Shown one piece after another: positions 44,918-54,072 of a stretch of 58,332 nt of DNA. The translations under genes and the position numbers were made by a program. The stretch is from Campylobacterota bacterium (GTDB lineage: Bacteria; Campylobacterota; Campylobacteria; Campylobacterales; Arcobacteraceae). How positions within the stretch are numbered: position 1 is the stretch's first letter; each line of letters starts with the position of its first letter. The DNA is taken from assembly GCA_051746405.1 (NCBI GenBank), contig JBNJFB010000009.1, positions 1-58,332 of the forward strand. The letters run 5' to 3'. The notes below the pieces were generated by a model that ran no database searches, was not told where the DNA came from, and saw only the letters and a program-made list of their open reading frames with translations.

Positions 44918-46332
44918 AAAAGTATAAAACAGCAGTAGTTGGTTCAGGTATTGGTGGAAGTTTAATTGCTGCTTTAAATTGTGATGATTTAATACTATTT
45001 GAAAAAGATAAAAACTTAGGTGGTTGTGCTAGTACCTTTAAAAGATACGGTTCTTATTTTAATGCAGGTGCTACAACTTTTGTAGGGTATGAAAAAAATC
45101 ATCCTATAAAAAAAATATTTGATAAAATAGAGTTTTATCCTAATATAAAAAAGAGTAAAACAGCAATACGAGTAGTTCAAAATGATAAAGTATTGGATAG
45201 AACAAAAGATTTTGATAAGTTTTTAGAAGATATAAATTCAATATATCCAAATAAAAACAATGAAAAGTTTTGGAAAAAAATTAAAACTATTGATGAAAAG
45301 TTTTGGCAATTAAAAAAGTTACATTTTGCAAAGTATGGATTAAATAGCTATGCAAAATCATTTATTTTTGTATGTGAGCTTTTAAAAGTATTTAAGTTTG
45401 ATATTTTTAAAACAGCTAGGAGTTATATTGAAGATATATTAGGAGAGATTTCTTATGAGTATCAAAGTTTTATAGATGCACAGCTTTTTATAACTGTTCA
45501 AACTACCTCAAAAAATATTCCACTTCTTACAATGGCTCTTGGTTTAGCTTATCCATTTCATGATGTTTTTTATGCAAATAATGGCATGGGAAGCTTATTT
45601 GATGGAGTATTAAAAGATGTGAATGTACATAAAAAAGAAGAGGTGAAGCTAATAACAAAAGATAAATCTTTTTATAAGGTTCAAACAACTAAAGAGACCT
45701 ATTTAGTTGAAAATGTAGTGTTAAACTCTACTGTTTATAATAGTGCAGAGCTTTTTGAAAATCAAGAGATTAAAAACTATTATAGTAGTTTTGAGTTTAG
45801 TGACCAAAGTGCCTTTGTTGTATATATGAAACTAGATTGTAAGTTAGATTTGATTCATCACTATCAAATTATTTTAAATAGAGTTATTCCAAACTGTATA
45901 TCTAACTCTTTTTTTGTATCATTTTCTGATATAGATGATGAAAAGATGAGTAAAAACGGGTTAAGTGTTACTATATCTACTCATACTAAAGCTATGTTTT
46001 GGGAGAAGTTAACAAAACAAGAGTACGAACTACATAAAAAAGAGAGTTTGGACTTTATAGTAGATGAGTTTTTAAAAAACTTTGATATGATAAAAAAAGA
46101 TAGTATAAAAAGTTGCTTTGGTGGTACTTCAAAAACATTTAATAGCTATATAAATAGATTTAATTGTGGAGGTTTGGCTATTAGTTTTAAAAGTGCACTA
46201 AAAATGGCTTCATGTAAAACACCATTTAAAGGGCTATATAATGTTGGCGATACTGTATTTGCAGGGCAAGGATGGCCTGGGGTTGCTATTGGAGTTGAGG
46301 TTTTAAATAAGGAATTAAATGAAAAATTTTGA
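44914..46332 (+). CDS. Phytoene-desaturase-family (CrtI/CrtD-like) FAD oxidoreductase
   Basis: VVGSGIGG, LGGCASTF, FNAGAT, LYNVGDTVFAGQGWPGV. Confidence 0.85.
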   Translation: MKKYKTAVVGSGIGGSLIAALNCDDLILFEKDKNLGGCASTFKRYGSYFNAGATTFVGYEKNHPIKKIFDKIEFYPNIKKSKTAIRVVQNDKVLDRTKDFDKFLEDINSIYPNKNNEKFWKKIKTIDEKFWQLKKLHFAKYGLNSYAKSFIFVCELLKVFKFDIFKTARSYIEDILGEISYEYQSFIDAQLFITVQTTSKNIPLLTMALGLAYPFHDVFYANNGMGSLFDGVLKDVNVHKKEEVKLITKDKSFYKVQTTKETYLVENVVLNSTVYNSAELFENQEIKNYYSSFEFSDQSAFVVYMKLDCKLDLIHHYQIILNRVIPNCISNSFFVSFSDIDDEKMSKNGLSVTISTHTKAMFWEKLTKQEYELHKKESLDFIVDEFLKNFDMIKKDSIKSCFGGTSKTFNSYINRFNCGGLAISFKSALKMASCKTPFKGLYNVGDTVFAGQGWPGVAIGVEVLNKELNEKF

Positions 46333-47320
46333 GCTTAAAGTCACTACAAAAGATTGGATTTATATAACAATAATAGCTATAATTTTTGGTTTTTTAATTT
46401 CACTTGTTTTTTATTTTTTAAATCAAGATTTACAAAGAGTTTCAACAATACTATTTAGTACATCAAGTGCTGCTATAATATCTATATTTTCATCAATCCT
46501 TATTACCATATCAAATAACTTAATTTTGCCAAGGGTAAATAAACAGTTTTGGTATATTATAAGTTTTGTTTTTTCTTTTGCTTCAGGTGCTTTGGGTTTT
46601 TTCTTCTCTTTTTTAATATTTGCATATTTTGATATAAAAATTGTTGATTTTATAAATCCTTATGCCACATATATTGGTATAACAATTGGTTTTTTGACTT
46701 TTTTGATTGGTTTGATATTGCATCAGTTTATTTCAATGAAGTATAAAAATGAGTCTATTAAAAGTGAAATTTTAGAGACAAAATTAAAAGCACTAGAGAG
46801 TGAACTAAATCCACACTTTTTATTTAATGCATTAAACTCTATTAGTGAACTTATTTATCAAGATAAGCAAAAAGCGGAAGAGTCAGTTATAAATGTATCT
46901 AAATTTTTAAGAAATGCTATATATACAGATAGTTTGATAAGTTATGAAAATGAACTTGAGATGGTAAAAACTTATGTAAATATAGAAAATACTAGATTTC
47001 AAGATAAGATAAAGTTAAATATAATAGAGAAAAAAGAGTATAATGATATTTTAATTCCAAAATTCTCTATTCAACTTTTAGTAGAAAATGCTATAAAACA
47101 TGGTTATGAGGGAAGTAGTTTAAATATAGAGATTAAGTTTGAGAACTGTTGTATTACTGTTTCAAATGATGGTAAAAAAAGCTCTAATATAAAGTTTGGA
47201 ACAGGATTATCAAATCTTGATAAAAGACTAAAACTACTAGAAATAGGAAAACTAGAGTATGATAATAGTGATAAAATGAAGTTTATAATAAAGGTGGATA
47301 ATGAAAGTATTAATAGTTGA
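46319..47320 (+). CDS. LytS/YehU-type membrane histidine kinase
   Basis: About four TM helices; LNPHFLFNALNSI, QLLVENAIKHG, GTGLSNL. Confidence 0.93.
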   Translation: MKNFELKVTTKDWIYITIIAIIFGFLISLVFYFLNQDLQRVSTILFSTSSAAIISIFSSILITISNNLILPRVNKQFWYIISFVFSFASGALGFFFSFLIFAYFDIKIVDFINPYATYIGITIGFLTFLIGLILHQFISMKYKNESIKSEILETKLKALESELNPHFLFNALNSISELIYQDKQKAEESVINVSKFLRNAIYTDSLISYENELEMVKTYVNIENTRFQDKIKLNIIEKKEYNDILIPKFSIQLLVENAIKHGYEGSSLNIEIKFENCCITVSNDGKKSSNIKFGTGLSNLDKRLKLLEIGKLEYDNSDKMKFIIKVDNESINS

Positions 47321-48014
47321 TGATGAAAATCTAGCAATAAGTAGATTAACAAGACTCCTAAATGATTTAAAAGTAGATGATATAACTTCATTTGATGATG
47401 GAAATGAAGCTTTAATCCAGTGTACAAAAACAAAATTTGATGTGGTTTTTTTAGATATATCAATGCCTTCAATTAATGGATTAGAGTTAGCAAATAAGAT
47501 TTTAGATATAGAACCAAAAACTTTTGTAGTTTTTCAAACAGCATATGATAAGTATGCCCTTGAAGCTTTTAAAAGTGGAGGCATGGGCTATTTATTAAAG
47601 CCTATTGACAAAAATAATTTAAATGAAATACTACTAAAGGCTCAAAACTATATAGAAAAAAGTTCTCAAACTGAGACTAAAAAAATTATTGCAAAAAGAG
47701 GTGATAAAATATATTTAATAGATATTGATGATATATTTTATATAAGAGCAGATTTAGATGAAGTTATTATTAAAATCAAAGAGACAGATGCTTATGTAAG
47801 AAAGAAAATAGGGGATTTAGAGAAGTTATTATCAAATCGAAACTTCTTTAGAGTGCACCGTTCTTATATCGTAAATGTTGATAGAATAAAATCTATGCAA
47901 AGTGTAGAACAGTCTAAGCTTCAAATCTCATTTGATGGAATAGATGAAATAGTTACATCATCAAAAGATGGTGCAAAAGAGTTTAGAGAGTATCTAGAAA
48001 GAAGACTTTTATAA
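47301..48014 (+). CDS. LytTR-family response regulator
   Basis: IVDDE, FLDISMP, TAY, YLLKP, FFRVHRSYIVN. Confidence 0.95.
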   Translation: MKVLIVDDENLAISRLTRLLNDLKVDDITSFDDGNEALIQCTKTKFDVVFLDISMPSINGLELANKILDIEPKTFVVFQTAYDKYALEAFKSGGMGYLLKPIDKNNLNEILLKAQNYIEKSSQTETKKIIAKRGDKIYLIDIDDIFYIRADLDEVIIKIKETDAYVRKKIGDLEKLLSNRNFFRVHRSYIVNVDRIKSMQSVEQSKLQISFDGIDEIVTSSKDGAKEFREYLERRLL

Positions 48015-48033
48015 GCAAAAAAAAGGATTATTT

Positions 48034-48477
48034 GTGAAACTATTTGAAAAAAGTACATTAATAAAGTGTAGTGCAGAAGAGTTATTTGATTTCCATCTTG
48101 ATTCAAACAATTTAAAACAGATAACTCCAAGTGATATTAAAATAAAACTTTTAACTCCTGATTTTGTTCCAAAACAAGATGCAATAATGAAAGTAAGAAG
48201 TATAAAAAATTTTATTCCTTTTACTTGGGAGGTTAAAATAGATAAAATCCAAAGACCAAATAAGTTAGTTGATATAGCATTAAAATCCCCATTTAAATAC
48301 TGGGAACATCAACATCTATTTATAAAACATGAAAACTATACCGAGTTAAGAGATGTGGTAAAATATGAGCTACCATTTGGTTTTATAGGTGGTTTTTTAG
48401 ACCCATTTATCTATAATGACTTAACGAAAATGTTTGATTTTAGACATAAAGTAACAAAAGAAATCTTAGAAAAGTAA
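48034..48477 (+). CDS. SRPBCC (START-like) lipid-binding protein
   Basis: FDFH...NLKQITP, SPFKYWEHQHLF, DVVKYELPFG, MFDFRH; GTG start after AGGA. Confidence 0.88.
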   Translation: MKLFEKSTLIKCSAEELFDFHLDSNNLKQITPSDIKIKLLTPDFVPKQDAIMKVRSIKNFIPFTWEVKIDKIQRPNKLVDIALKSPFKYWEHQHLFIKHENYTELRDVVKYELPFGFIGGFLDPFIYNDLTKMFDFRHKVTKEILEK

Positions 48478-48488
48478 ATATAAATATA

Positions 48489-48665
48489 TTAATTCAAGCA
48501 AATAGTTTTTGCTTGATATTTACCTGTTCTTAGATTCAAAACCTTTGTTATCTTATACTTTTTGCCATCTTTAATACAATCATCTTTTGTGACTTCACTA
48601 CTTGTACAACCTTGAATAAAAATGATAATTGCTAATAAAATAGTTAAACTTCTTAAATATCTCAT
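48489..48665 (-). CDS. Small lipoprotein (58 aa), below the ORF-track cutoff
   Basis: MRYLRSLTILLAIIIFIQGC... lipobox-like signal, GGAG RBS. Confidence 0.7.
   Translation of the reverse strand: MRYLRSLTILLAIIIFIQGCTSSEVTKDDCIKDGKKYKITKVLNLRTGKYQAKTICLN
48494..48520 (+). terminator. Hairpin downstream of the photolyase operon
   Basis: TCAAGCAAA-tagtt-TTTGCTTGA. Confidence 0.5.
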
Positions 48666-48824
48666 CTCAAAACTCCATATTCTTTAGTTATTTTTACTAA
48701 AATATCTAGTTATTATAGCATATATTTTTAAAAAAAGTGAATTTTCTAAATTTTCTAATATTTTTCAAAATGATACTTTTTAAGTACTTTTTACAAGTAT
48801 AATAGAGTAAAAATGGGAGTATTG

Positions 48825-48917
48825 ATGAGTGGAGATGTAAAATTTCTTATAATTTGTATGATTCTTTATCCTACAATATGTTTTTGTTATTTTATGCTAT
48901 TTAGAATTTTTTTTTAA
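48825..48917 (+). CDS. Candidate 30-aa single-TM small protein
   Basis: TATAAT at 48798, GGGAG RBS, MSGDVKFLIICMILYPTICFCYFMLFRIFF. Confidence 0.5.
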   Translation: MSGDVKFLIICMILYPTICFCYFMLFRIFF

Positions 48918-48987
48918 TTATTATTTCAAAAGCACGATTTTGTTGTATAATATACAATAAAAACTATTGATTTATTGGTGAGTGCTT

Positions 48988-50907
48988 ATGAAACTATTAA
49001 AAACAGAAAAAAACATATTAAATACAATTAAGTATGGACCTGTACTTTTTGTTATTTTACTCTCTTTTTTAATAACACAAAGCCTAATAACACAAAGGGA
49101 GCATAGCTTAGAAAAGGAGCTTAAACAGTTTAAGCAAAACTATATAAATACCCAAAAATTAAAAGTAAAAAATGAAGTTGATAAGCTATATAACCTTATA
49201 AAAAGTAGAAAAATAACATCTGAACAAATATTAAAAAAAGAGTTAAAACAAAGAGTATATGAAGCACATAGTATGGCTACAGCCATTTATGATAAATCTA
49301 TGCCCGAACACTCAAATAAAATTTCTTTTGAAATTATCAAAAAAAGTCTTGGAAGTTTAAAGTTCAATAATGATAGAGGATACTTCTTTATTGTTGATAA
49401 AAAAGGTTCATTGCTTCTACAACCTTTTAATAAAGAGTTTGAGGGTGGAAGCTTAATAGATTTTGAAGATGCAAATGGTTATAAATTTGTAGAAAAAATA
49501 GTCCAAACAATTAAAAATAAATCAGAATCTTACGACAGTTACTACTGGTATAAACCAAATGATACTACCCAAGCATATAAAAAGATAAGTTTTTATAAAT
49601 ATTTTGAACCTTATGATATAGTTATAGGTACAGGTGAGTATACCAAAGCTTTTGAAAGAGAGTTAAAACAAAAAATCATAAAACAGCTAAATAATGAAGA
49701 GTATTTAGGCTCTAATAAGATATTTATTTATACAAGTGAAGGTCTTTGTTTAGTTCATCCAAATAAAGACTATATAGGAGTAAATAGATATTTTGTAAAA
49801 AATAGTCAAGATAAATATATAGTACAAGATGTAATTAACTTTGCAAAAAAGAGTAAAGAGGGGTTTATAAGCTATATATCCAGTGTAAAAAATGAAGATA
49901 CTATAAAAGAAAAAAATAAAATGTCTTATGTTAAGTATTTTAAAGAATGGGATTTACTTATAGGAAGTGGAGTAAATTTAGAAGAGTTAAATAAAAAAAT
50001 AGAATCAAGAAGTAACTCTATAAAAGAAGAAAACAAAAAAATACTTGAAAAAATAATACTTATTAGCTTTATACTCACAATAATATTTGCGATAATATTC
50101 TTTTATATTTCAAAACTAATAGAGAAAAAGTTTTTGAAATATCAAGAGGATTTAGAAGAGGAAATAAATAAGACTATAGAAAAAGAAAAACTTTTGGTTC
50201 AACAATCAAAAATGGCTACAATGGGTGAAATGATTGGTAGTATATCACACCAATGGAAGCAGCCTTTAAGTCTAATAAGCACTTCAAATGGAATGCTAAA
50301 GTTAAACATGGAAGTTAAGTCTTTTCCTAAAGAAGATTTAGAACAGTCAATTAAAAATATTGATTATTCAGTTCAAAACTTAGCTCAAACAATAGATGAT
50401 TTTAGAAACTTTTTTAATCCAAACAAGAAAAAAGAGTCATTTGAAATATCAAGTGCAATAGAAAAAACACTAAAATTAATAAAATCACAGTTTAAAAATA
50501 ATGATATAAAACTTATTCAAGATTTCCAAAATATTGAAGTTTATGCAGTTGAAAATGAACTATTACAAACTTTAATAAATATATTGAAAAATTCAAAAGA
50601 TGAGTTTGAAATTAAAAAAGAACAAGAGATTAAAATAGTAAAAGTAACTGCTAAGCAAGAGAATAGTTTAGCAATAATAACCATACATGATAATGCAGGA
50701 GGAATACCTGAAGATATTTTACCAAAAATATTTGATGCATACTTTACAACAAAAGAAAAACAGGGTGGAAGTGGAATAGGGCTTTACATGAGTAAACAAA
50801 TAGTAGAGAGTATGAATGGTAAAATAAGTGTAGAGAATGTAAAGCTTGAATATGAAGGTAAGAAATATATGGGTGCCCAGTTTAAAATTGAATTGCCTGT
50901 TAAATAG
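48988..50907 (+). CDS. Sensor histidine kinase with tandem Cache domains (orphan)
   Basis: GYFFIVD/IVIGTGEY and KIFIY/LLIGSGV Cache motifs; SISHQWKQPL; DNAGGI; GSGIGL. Confidence 0.92.
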   Translation: MKLLKTEKNILNTIKYGPVLFVILLSFLITQSLITQREHSLEKELKQFKQNYINTQKLKVKNEVDKLYNLIKSRKITSEQILKKELKQRVYEAHSMATAIYDKSMPEHSNKISFEIIKKSLGSLKFNNDRGYFFIVDKKGSLLLQPFNKEFEGGSLIDFEDANGYKFVEKIVQTIKNKSESYDSYYWYKPNDTTQAYKKISFYKYFEPYDIVIGTGEYTKAFERELKQKIIKQLNNEEYLGSNKIFIYTSEGLCLVHPNKDYIGVNRYFVKNSQDKYIVQDVINFAKKSKEGFISYISSVKNEDTIKEKNKMSYVKYFKEWDLLIGSGVNLEELNKKIESRSNSIKEENKKILEKIILISFILTIIFAIIFFYISKLIEKKFLKYQEDLEEEINKTIEKEKLLVQQSKMATMGEMIGSISHQWKQPLSLISTSNGMLKLNMEVKSFPKEDLEQSIKNIDYSVQNLAQTIDDFRNFFNPNKKKESFEISSAIEKTLKLIKSQFKNNDIKLIQDFQNIEVYAVENELLQTLINILKNSKDEFEIKKEQEIKIVKVTAKQENSLAIITIHDNAGGIPEDILPKIFDAYFTTKEKQGGSGIGLYMSKQIVESMNGKISVENVKLEYEGKKYMGAQFKIELPVK

Positions 50908-51036
50908 TTTGATAATAAAGAGTTATTAGAGACTGACAGCTATTGTAGTAAAAGGTATAATAGTTTGAACTATAAAAGGAGGGAGTTTAAATTATTCTGT
51001 GTCAAATTATGATACATTAAATAAAACTCTTAACAT

Positions 51037-51098
51037 TCATGGCAACCATATTGCTAGCCAAATAGTGGGGTTTTATGTATAGGTGACTTTATGTTTTT
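51037..51098 (-). pseudogene. Relic 3' end of a cupin gene; direct repeat of 53491-53552
   Basis: 56 of 60 nt identical to the cupin 3' end; in-frame TAA at 51073-51075 replaces CAA. Confidence 0.8.
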
Positions 51099-51159
51099 TG
51101 AACGGTCTCAATGATATAGAAGTAGATAATAAATAATTATCTACCTCATTGTGGTAAAG

Positions 51160-51285
51160 ATTATTTTTCTTTTTTCTTACAAACATAAATAAAATTGTAG
51201 AAAAAATATCTTAAAACATTATGGGACACCTAGGTGAAAAAATTAGACTCTTTTTTATGGGCTTTATTGAGTGCCACTTGCATGA
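51160..51285 (-). mobile_element. Possible left-end relic of an IS1634-family element
   Basis: ATG at 51186 reads MFVRKKKN, resembling recalled IS1634 transposase N-termini, then loses similarity. Confidence 0.35.
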
Positions 51286-51288
51286 AAT

Positions 51289-51480
51289 TTGCTTAGCGAG
51301 GAAAACAGGAAGATAGTAAACCAATATATCAAAACATCAAATACACAAAAAGAGCAATGGAGCAATGGGGCTGTAAAACAGATATTTGAACTCGATGAAA
51401 AAAATCAAAAAGAGGGTCATGCTTTGGTGTTTTATGTAGATGGAGTCTTGTTGCATAAATTTCTTTTAGATGAGAATTAA
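51289..51480 (+). CDS. Short hypothetical protein or gene remnant
   Basis: 63 aa ORF with TTG start and no clear RBS. Confidence 0.35.
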   Translation: MLSEENRKIVNQYIKTSNTQKEQWSNGAVKQIFELDEKNQKEGHALVFYVDGVLLHKFLLDEN

Positions 51481-51551
51481 GAGTTTACTTATAGTGTGGA
51501 GATTATAAAATAGATGTTTTTAACAAAGATATCCCAATTATTTCTAAACAA

Positions 51552-51605
51552 GAATTATATTTCCTATTTAAGCTAAAATAATATACAATATGAAATATAC
51601 TTCAT
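51552..51605. promoter_or_regulatory. Two palindromic putative antitoxin operators
   Basis: GAATTATATTTC (51552) and ATGAAATATACTTCAT (51590), both GAA-N6-TTC, upstream of the hipB-like gene. Confidence 0.55.
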
Positions 51606-51619
51606 AAAAAGGCAAGGGT

Positions 51620-51865
51620 TTGGATTTACAAGAGCTTGGATTTGAGATAAAGACTTTACGAAAACAAAAAGGTTGGTCGCAAGATGCTTTAGAGCAGTAC
51701 AGTGGTATCACTAAAAGAACCATCTCTAAAATCGAAAATGGTTTTATCGATGAAGTGGGGATAAAAAAAGTAGAGACTATAATTGATTTGCTCGGAGTTG
51801 AGTTTGGCTTAAGAGCAAAAGGGCGACCAAAGACTTTAGAGGAGCTTGAAGATGAGCGAAGATAA
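51620..51865 (+). CDS. XRE-family HTH antitoxin (HipB-like)
   Basis: LRKQKGWSQDALEQYSGITKRTISKIENG; overlaps the hipA-like gene. Confidence 0.88.
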   Translation: MDLQELGFEIKTLRKQKGWSQDALEQYSGITKRTISKIENGFIDEVGIKKVETIIDLLGVEFGLRAKGRPKTLEELEDERR

Positions 51866-53003
51866 ACTCAAAGTATATATCAATAAAACCCACAGTGGAA
51901 ATCTTTTCTTTGAAGATGAAAAATATGTGTTTAACTATCTTGAAGATGCAAAAAATATTGTAAGTCTTACTATGCCTATACGAAGTGCTAGTTGGGATAG
52001 TAAAAAATTGCATCCAGTCTTTCAAATGAACATGCCAGAGGGTGCATTAAAAGATGCTATAAGAAACCACTTTGCTAAAATCCAAACGATGGATGATATC
52101 AATATGTTAAAACTCATAGGTCCATATATGCTTGGCCGTGTAAAGTTTGAGAAGATTGTAGATGAAAAAGAGAGGTTAGAATTAGATGATATATTGACCT
52201 CCTCAAAACAAAATCTTTTTGATGAGCTGATGGAAAAGTTTGCGATTCGTTCAGGTGTATCAGGAGTGCAGCCAAAACTGCTTCTTAAAGCACACAATAA
52301 AACCACCATGAAGTTTGAACACTACATAGTAAAGTCATGGGAAGATGATTACCCAAATCTAGCACTTAATGAATACTTTTGCATGAGAGCAATTAGACAT
52401 GCAGGAGTTCCTACCCCTGAGTTTTATATAAGTGATGATAAAAAGATGTTTATCATGAAAAGATTTGATATATCTCAAGATGAGAGCTATCTAGGGTTTG
52501 AAGATATGTGTGTACTTACAGCTCGTGGTACTGAACAAAAATATGATGGAAGCTATGAAGAAATAGCAAGAGTTATAAAAGATGTGATAAGTCCACAAAA
52601 AAGAAAATTAGCTTTGAAAACATTTTTTAAAGCTTTGGTGATGAATCATCTGCTTAAAAACGGAGATGGACACCTTAAAAACTATGGAATACTCTATGAA
52701 AATGATTTCCAAGATAGTTATTTAGCCCCAATTTATGATGTGATAACAACTACAATCTATTTAAAAAATGATATCCCAGCTTTAAGACTAAGTGATGGAA
52801 AGCTATGGTGGAAGCCAAAAACTTATAAAACCTTTGCAAAACAGAGTTGCGGACTATCAAATGCAGAGTATGACACTATTTTAGATGAGTGCAAAGAAGC
52901 GATAATAAAAACAAAAAATGAGATAGATAACTACACAAGTGATGATGTGGAAGTATTGAAGTTTTTAGATGAGCTTAAAGAGTGCTGGAGTGAGAGTTTA
53001 TGA
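51852..53003 (+). CDS. hipA: HipA-family Ser/Thr kinase toxin
   Basis: N-terminal coupling domain (SLTMP, MPEG), GVSGVQPK P-loop, KRFD, NGDGHLKN, LAPIYD. Confidence 0.92.
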   Translation: MSEDKLKVYINKTHSGNLFFEDEKYVFNYLEDAKNIVSLTMPIRSASWDSKKLHPVFQMNMPEGALKDAIRNHFAKIQTMDDINMLKLIGPYMLGRVKFEKIVDEKERLELDDILTSSKQNLFDELMEKFAIRSGVSGVQPKLLLKAHNKTTMKFEHYIVKSWEDDYPNLALNEYFCMRAIRHAGVPTPEFYISDDKKMFIMKRFDISQDESYLGFEDMCVLTARGTEQKYDGSYEEIARVIKDVISPQKRKLALKTFFKALVMNHLLKNGDGHLKNYGILYENDFQDSYLAPIYDVITTTIYLKNDIPALRLSDGKLWWKPKTYKTFAKQSCGLSNAEYDTILDECKEAIIKTKNEIDNYTSDDVEVLKFLDELKECWSESL

Positions 53004-53157
53004 AAAACTTTATATAAATGCTGAATACATCGTAATGAGCAATATTAATCTCTTAGAGCTTGCCCAAGAGCTTTACGCACAAGGTGGTAAAGTACTGTAA
53101 CTATGATATGTCAAGGTAAGCCTTATGAGTTAAACTGGAGTGGCAACTTAAATTATG

Positions 53158-53178
53158 TGGGACTAAAGTCCCAGCCCC
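53158..53178. repeat. REP-like GC-rich palindrome
   Basis: TGGGACT-AA-AGTCCCA followed by GCCCC; single copy in this window. Confidence 0.45.
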
Positions 53179-53216
53179 AATAATGAAATACTAAGTCAGT
53201 ACTTTAATCTACTATA

Positions 53217-53363
53217 TTAAAAAACTTCTAGATTAATAGATTCAGTGATTATTTCACTTCTGTTTAGAGAATACTCTTTTGTTAGTTCATCTATCTCATT
53301 TATCAAAAATCTAGGAAGTCTTAATCCTACTTGTTGTTTTTCTAACTCATCTAAAGTATACAT
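53217..53363 (-). pseudogene. Ribbon-helix-helix (CopG-like) antitoxin-type gene, probably 3'-truncated
   Basis: KQQVGLRLPRFLINEIDELTKEYSLNRSEII RHH motif with AAGGA RBS; ends right after the RHH and has no adjacent toxin. Confidence 0.6.
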
Positions 53364-53490
53364 AGTATTCCTTATATAATATTGTTTAACTATATTATAT
53401 AAAATTAACTTGAATAAGTCAATTAATTGCACTATATATCCTTTATTAAAGGTATAAAAAGAATATTAAATTATGTGAGACTCTTAATAC

Positions 53491-53805
53491 TTATGGCAAC
53501 CATACTGCTAGCCAAATAGTGGGGTTTTGTGTATAGGTGACCTTGTGTTTTTGATAAGCTTTAATGTAAAGAGAGTCACCCTCATGAAGATGATATCTTG
53601 AGCCATCATCATATTGTATAGTTGCACTTCCAACTATTATTAAAACAAACTCATCTTCTTTTTGATCGTACCAAAAATCTTTGGGTGAGGTTTGACCATA
53701 CGAGATGATTCTTTCAATTTTTACTTTTTCATTTTTGACAATAGTTTCAAAAAGTTCACTGTTTGAAGAAAGTGGGATATCTTTTAAGAAATTAAATTGT
53801 TCCAT
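53491..53805 (-). CDS. Cupin domain protein
   Basis: IERIISYGQTSP...WYDQKEDEFVL...HKVTYT...TIWLAV. Confidence 0.9.
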   Translation of the reverse strand: MEQFNFLKDIPLSSNSELFETIVKNEKVKIERIISYGQTSPKDFWYDQKEDEFVLIIVGSATIQYDDGSRYHLHEGDSLYIKAYQKHKVTYTQNPTIWLAVWLP

Positions 53806-53855
53806 ATTTATAGCAATACTTTTAAGTTTATTTTGTAAAATCTGTTATTTATAAG

Positions 53856-53913
53856 TGGTACCTGTGGAGGGACTCGAACCCTCAAGACCGAAGTCATTGG
53901 ATTTTGAATCCAG
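53856..53913 (-). mobile_element. att site: 3' fragment of tRNA-Leu(CAA), not an intact tRNA
   Basis: Minus strand has anticodon loop TTCAAAA, variable arm GAC-TTCG-GTC, T-arm GAGGG-TTCGAGT-CCCTC and ACCA end; D-arm and 5' acceptor strand are absent. Confidence 0.88.
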
Positions 53914-54041
53914 TTATTCATTATTGTTTAATTTAATAAGAAAACTTACAGATAACCCTAAATGAAGCCATATAAGAGGATATTTATCGTTATAAATTGA
54001 TACAATCAAATAGAGATATTTTTATCTTATTATTAGTATAA

Positions 54042-54072
54042 TGATACCCAGTTTAGTTAAAAGTGATACCCA
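54042..54072. repeat. Direct repeat TGATACCCA x2, candidate integrase arm-type sites
   Basis: Exact 9-mers at 54042 and 54064, between att and int. Confidence 0.5.

Noticed and set aside
53856..53913. Intact tRNA-Leu gene
   Set aside because: The D-arm and 5' acceptor strand are missing, so it is an att remnant
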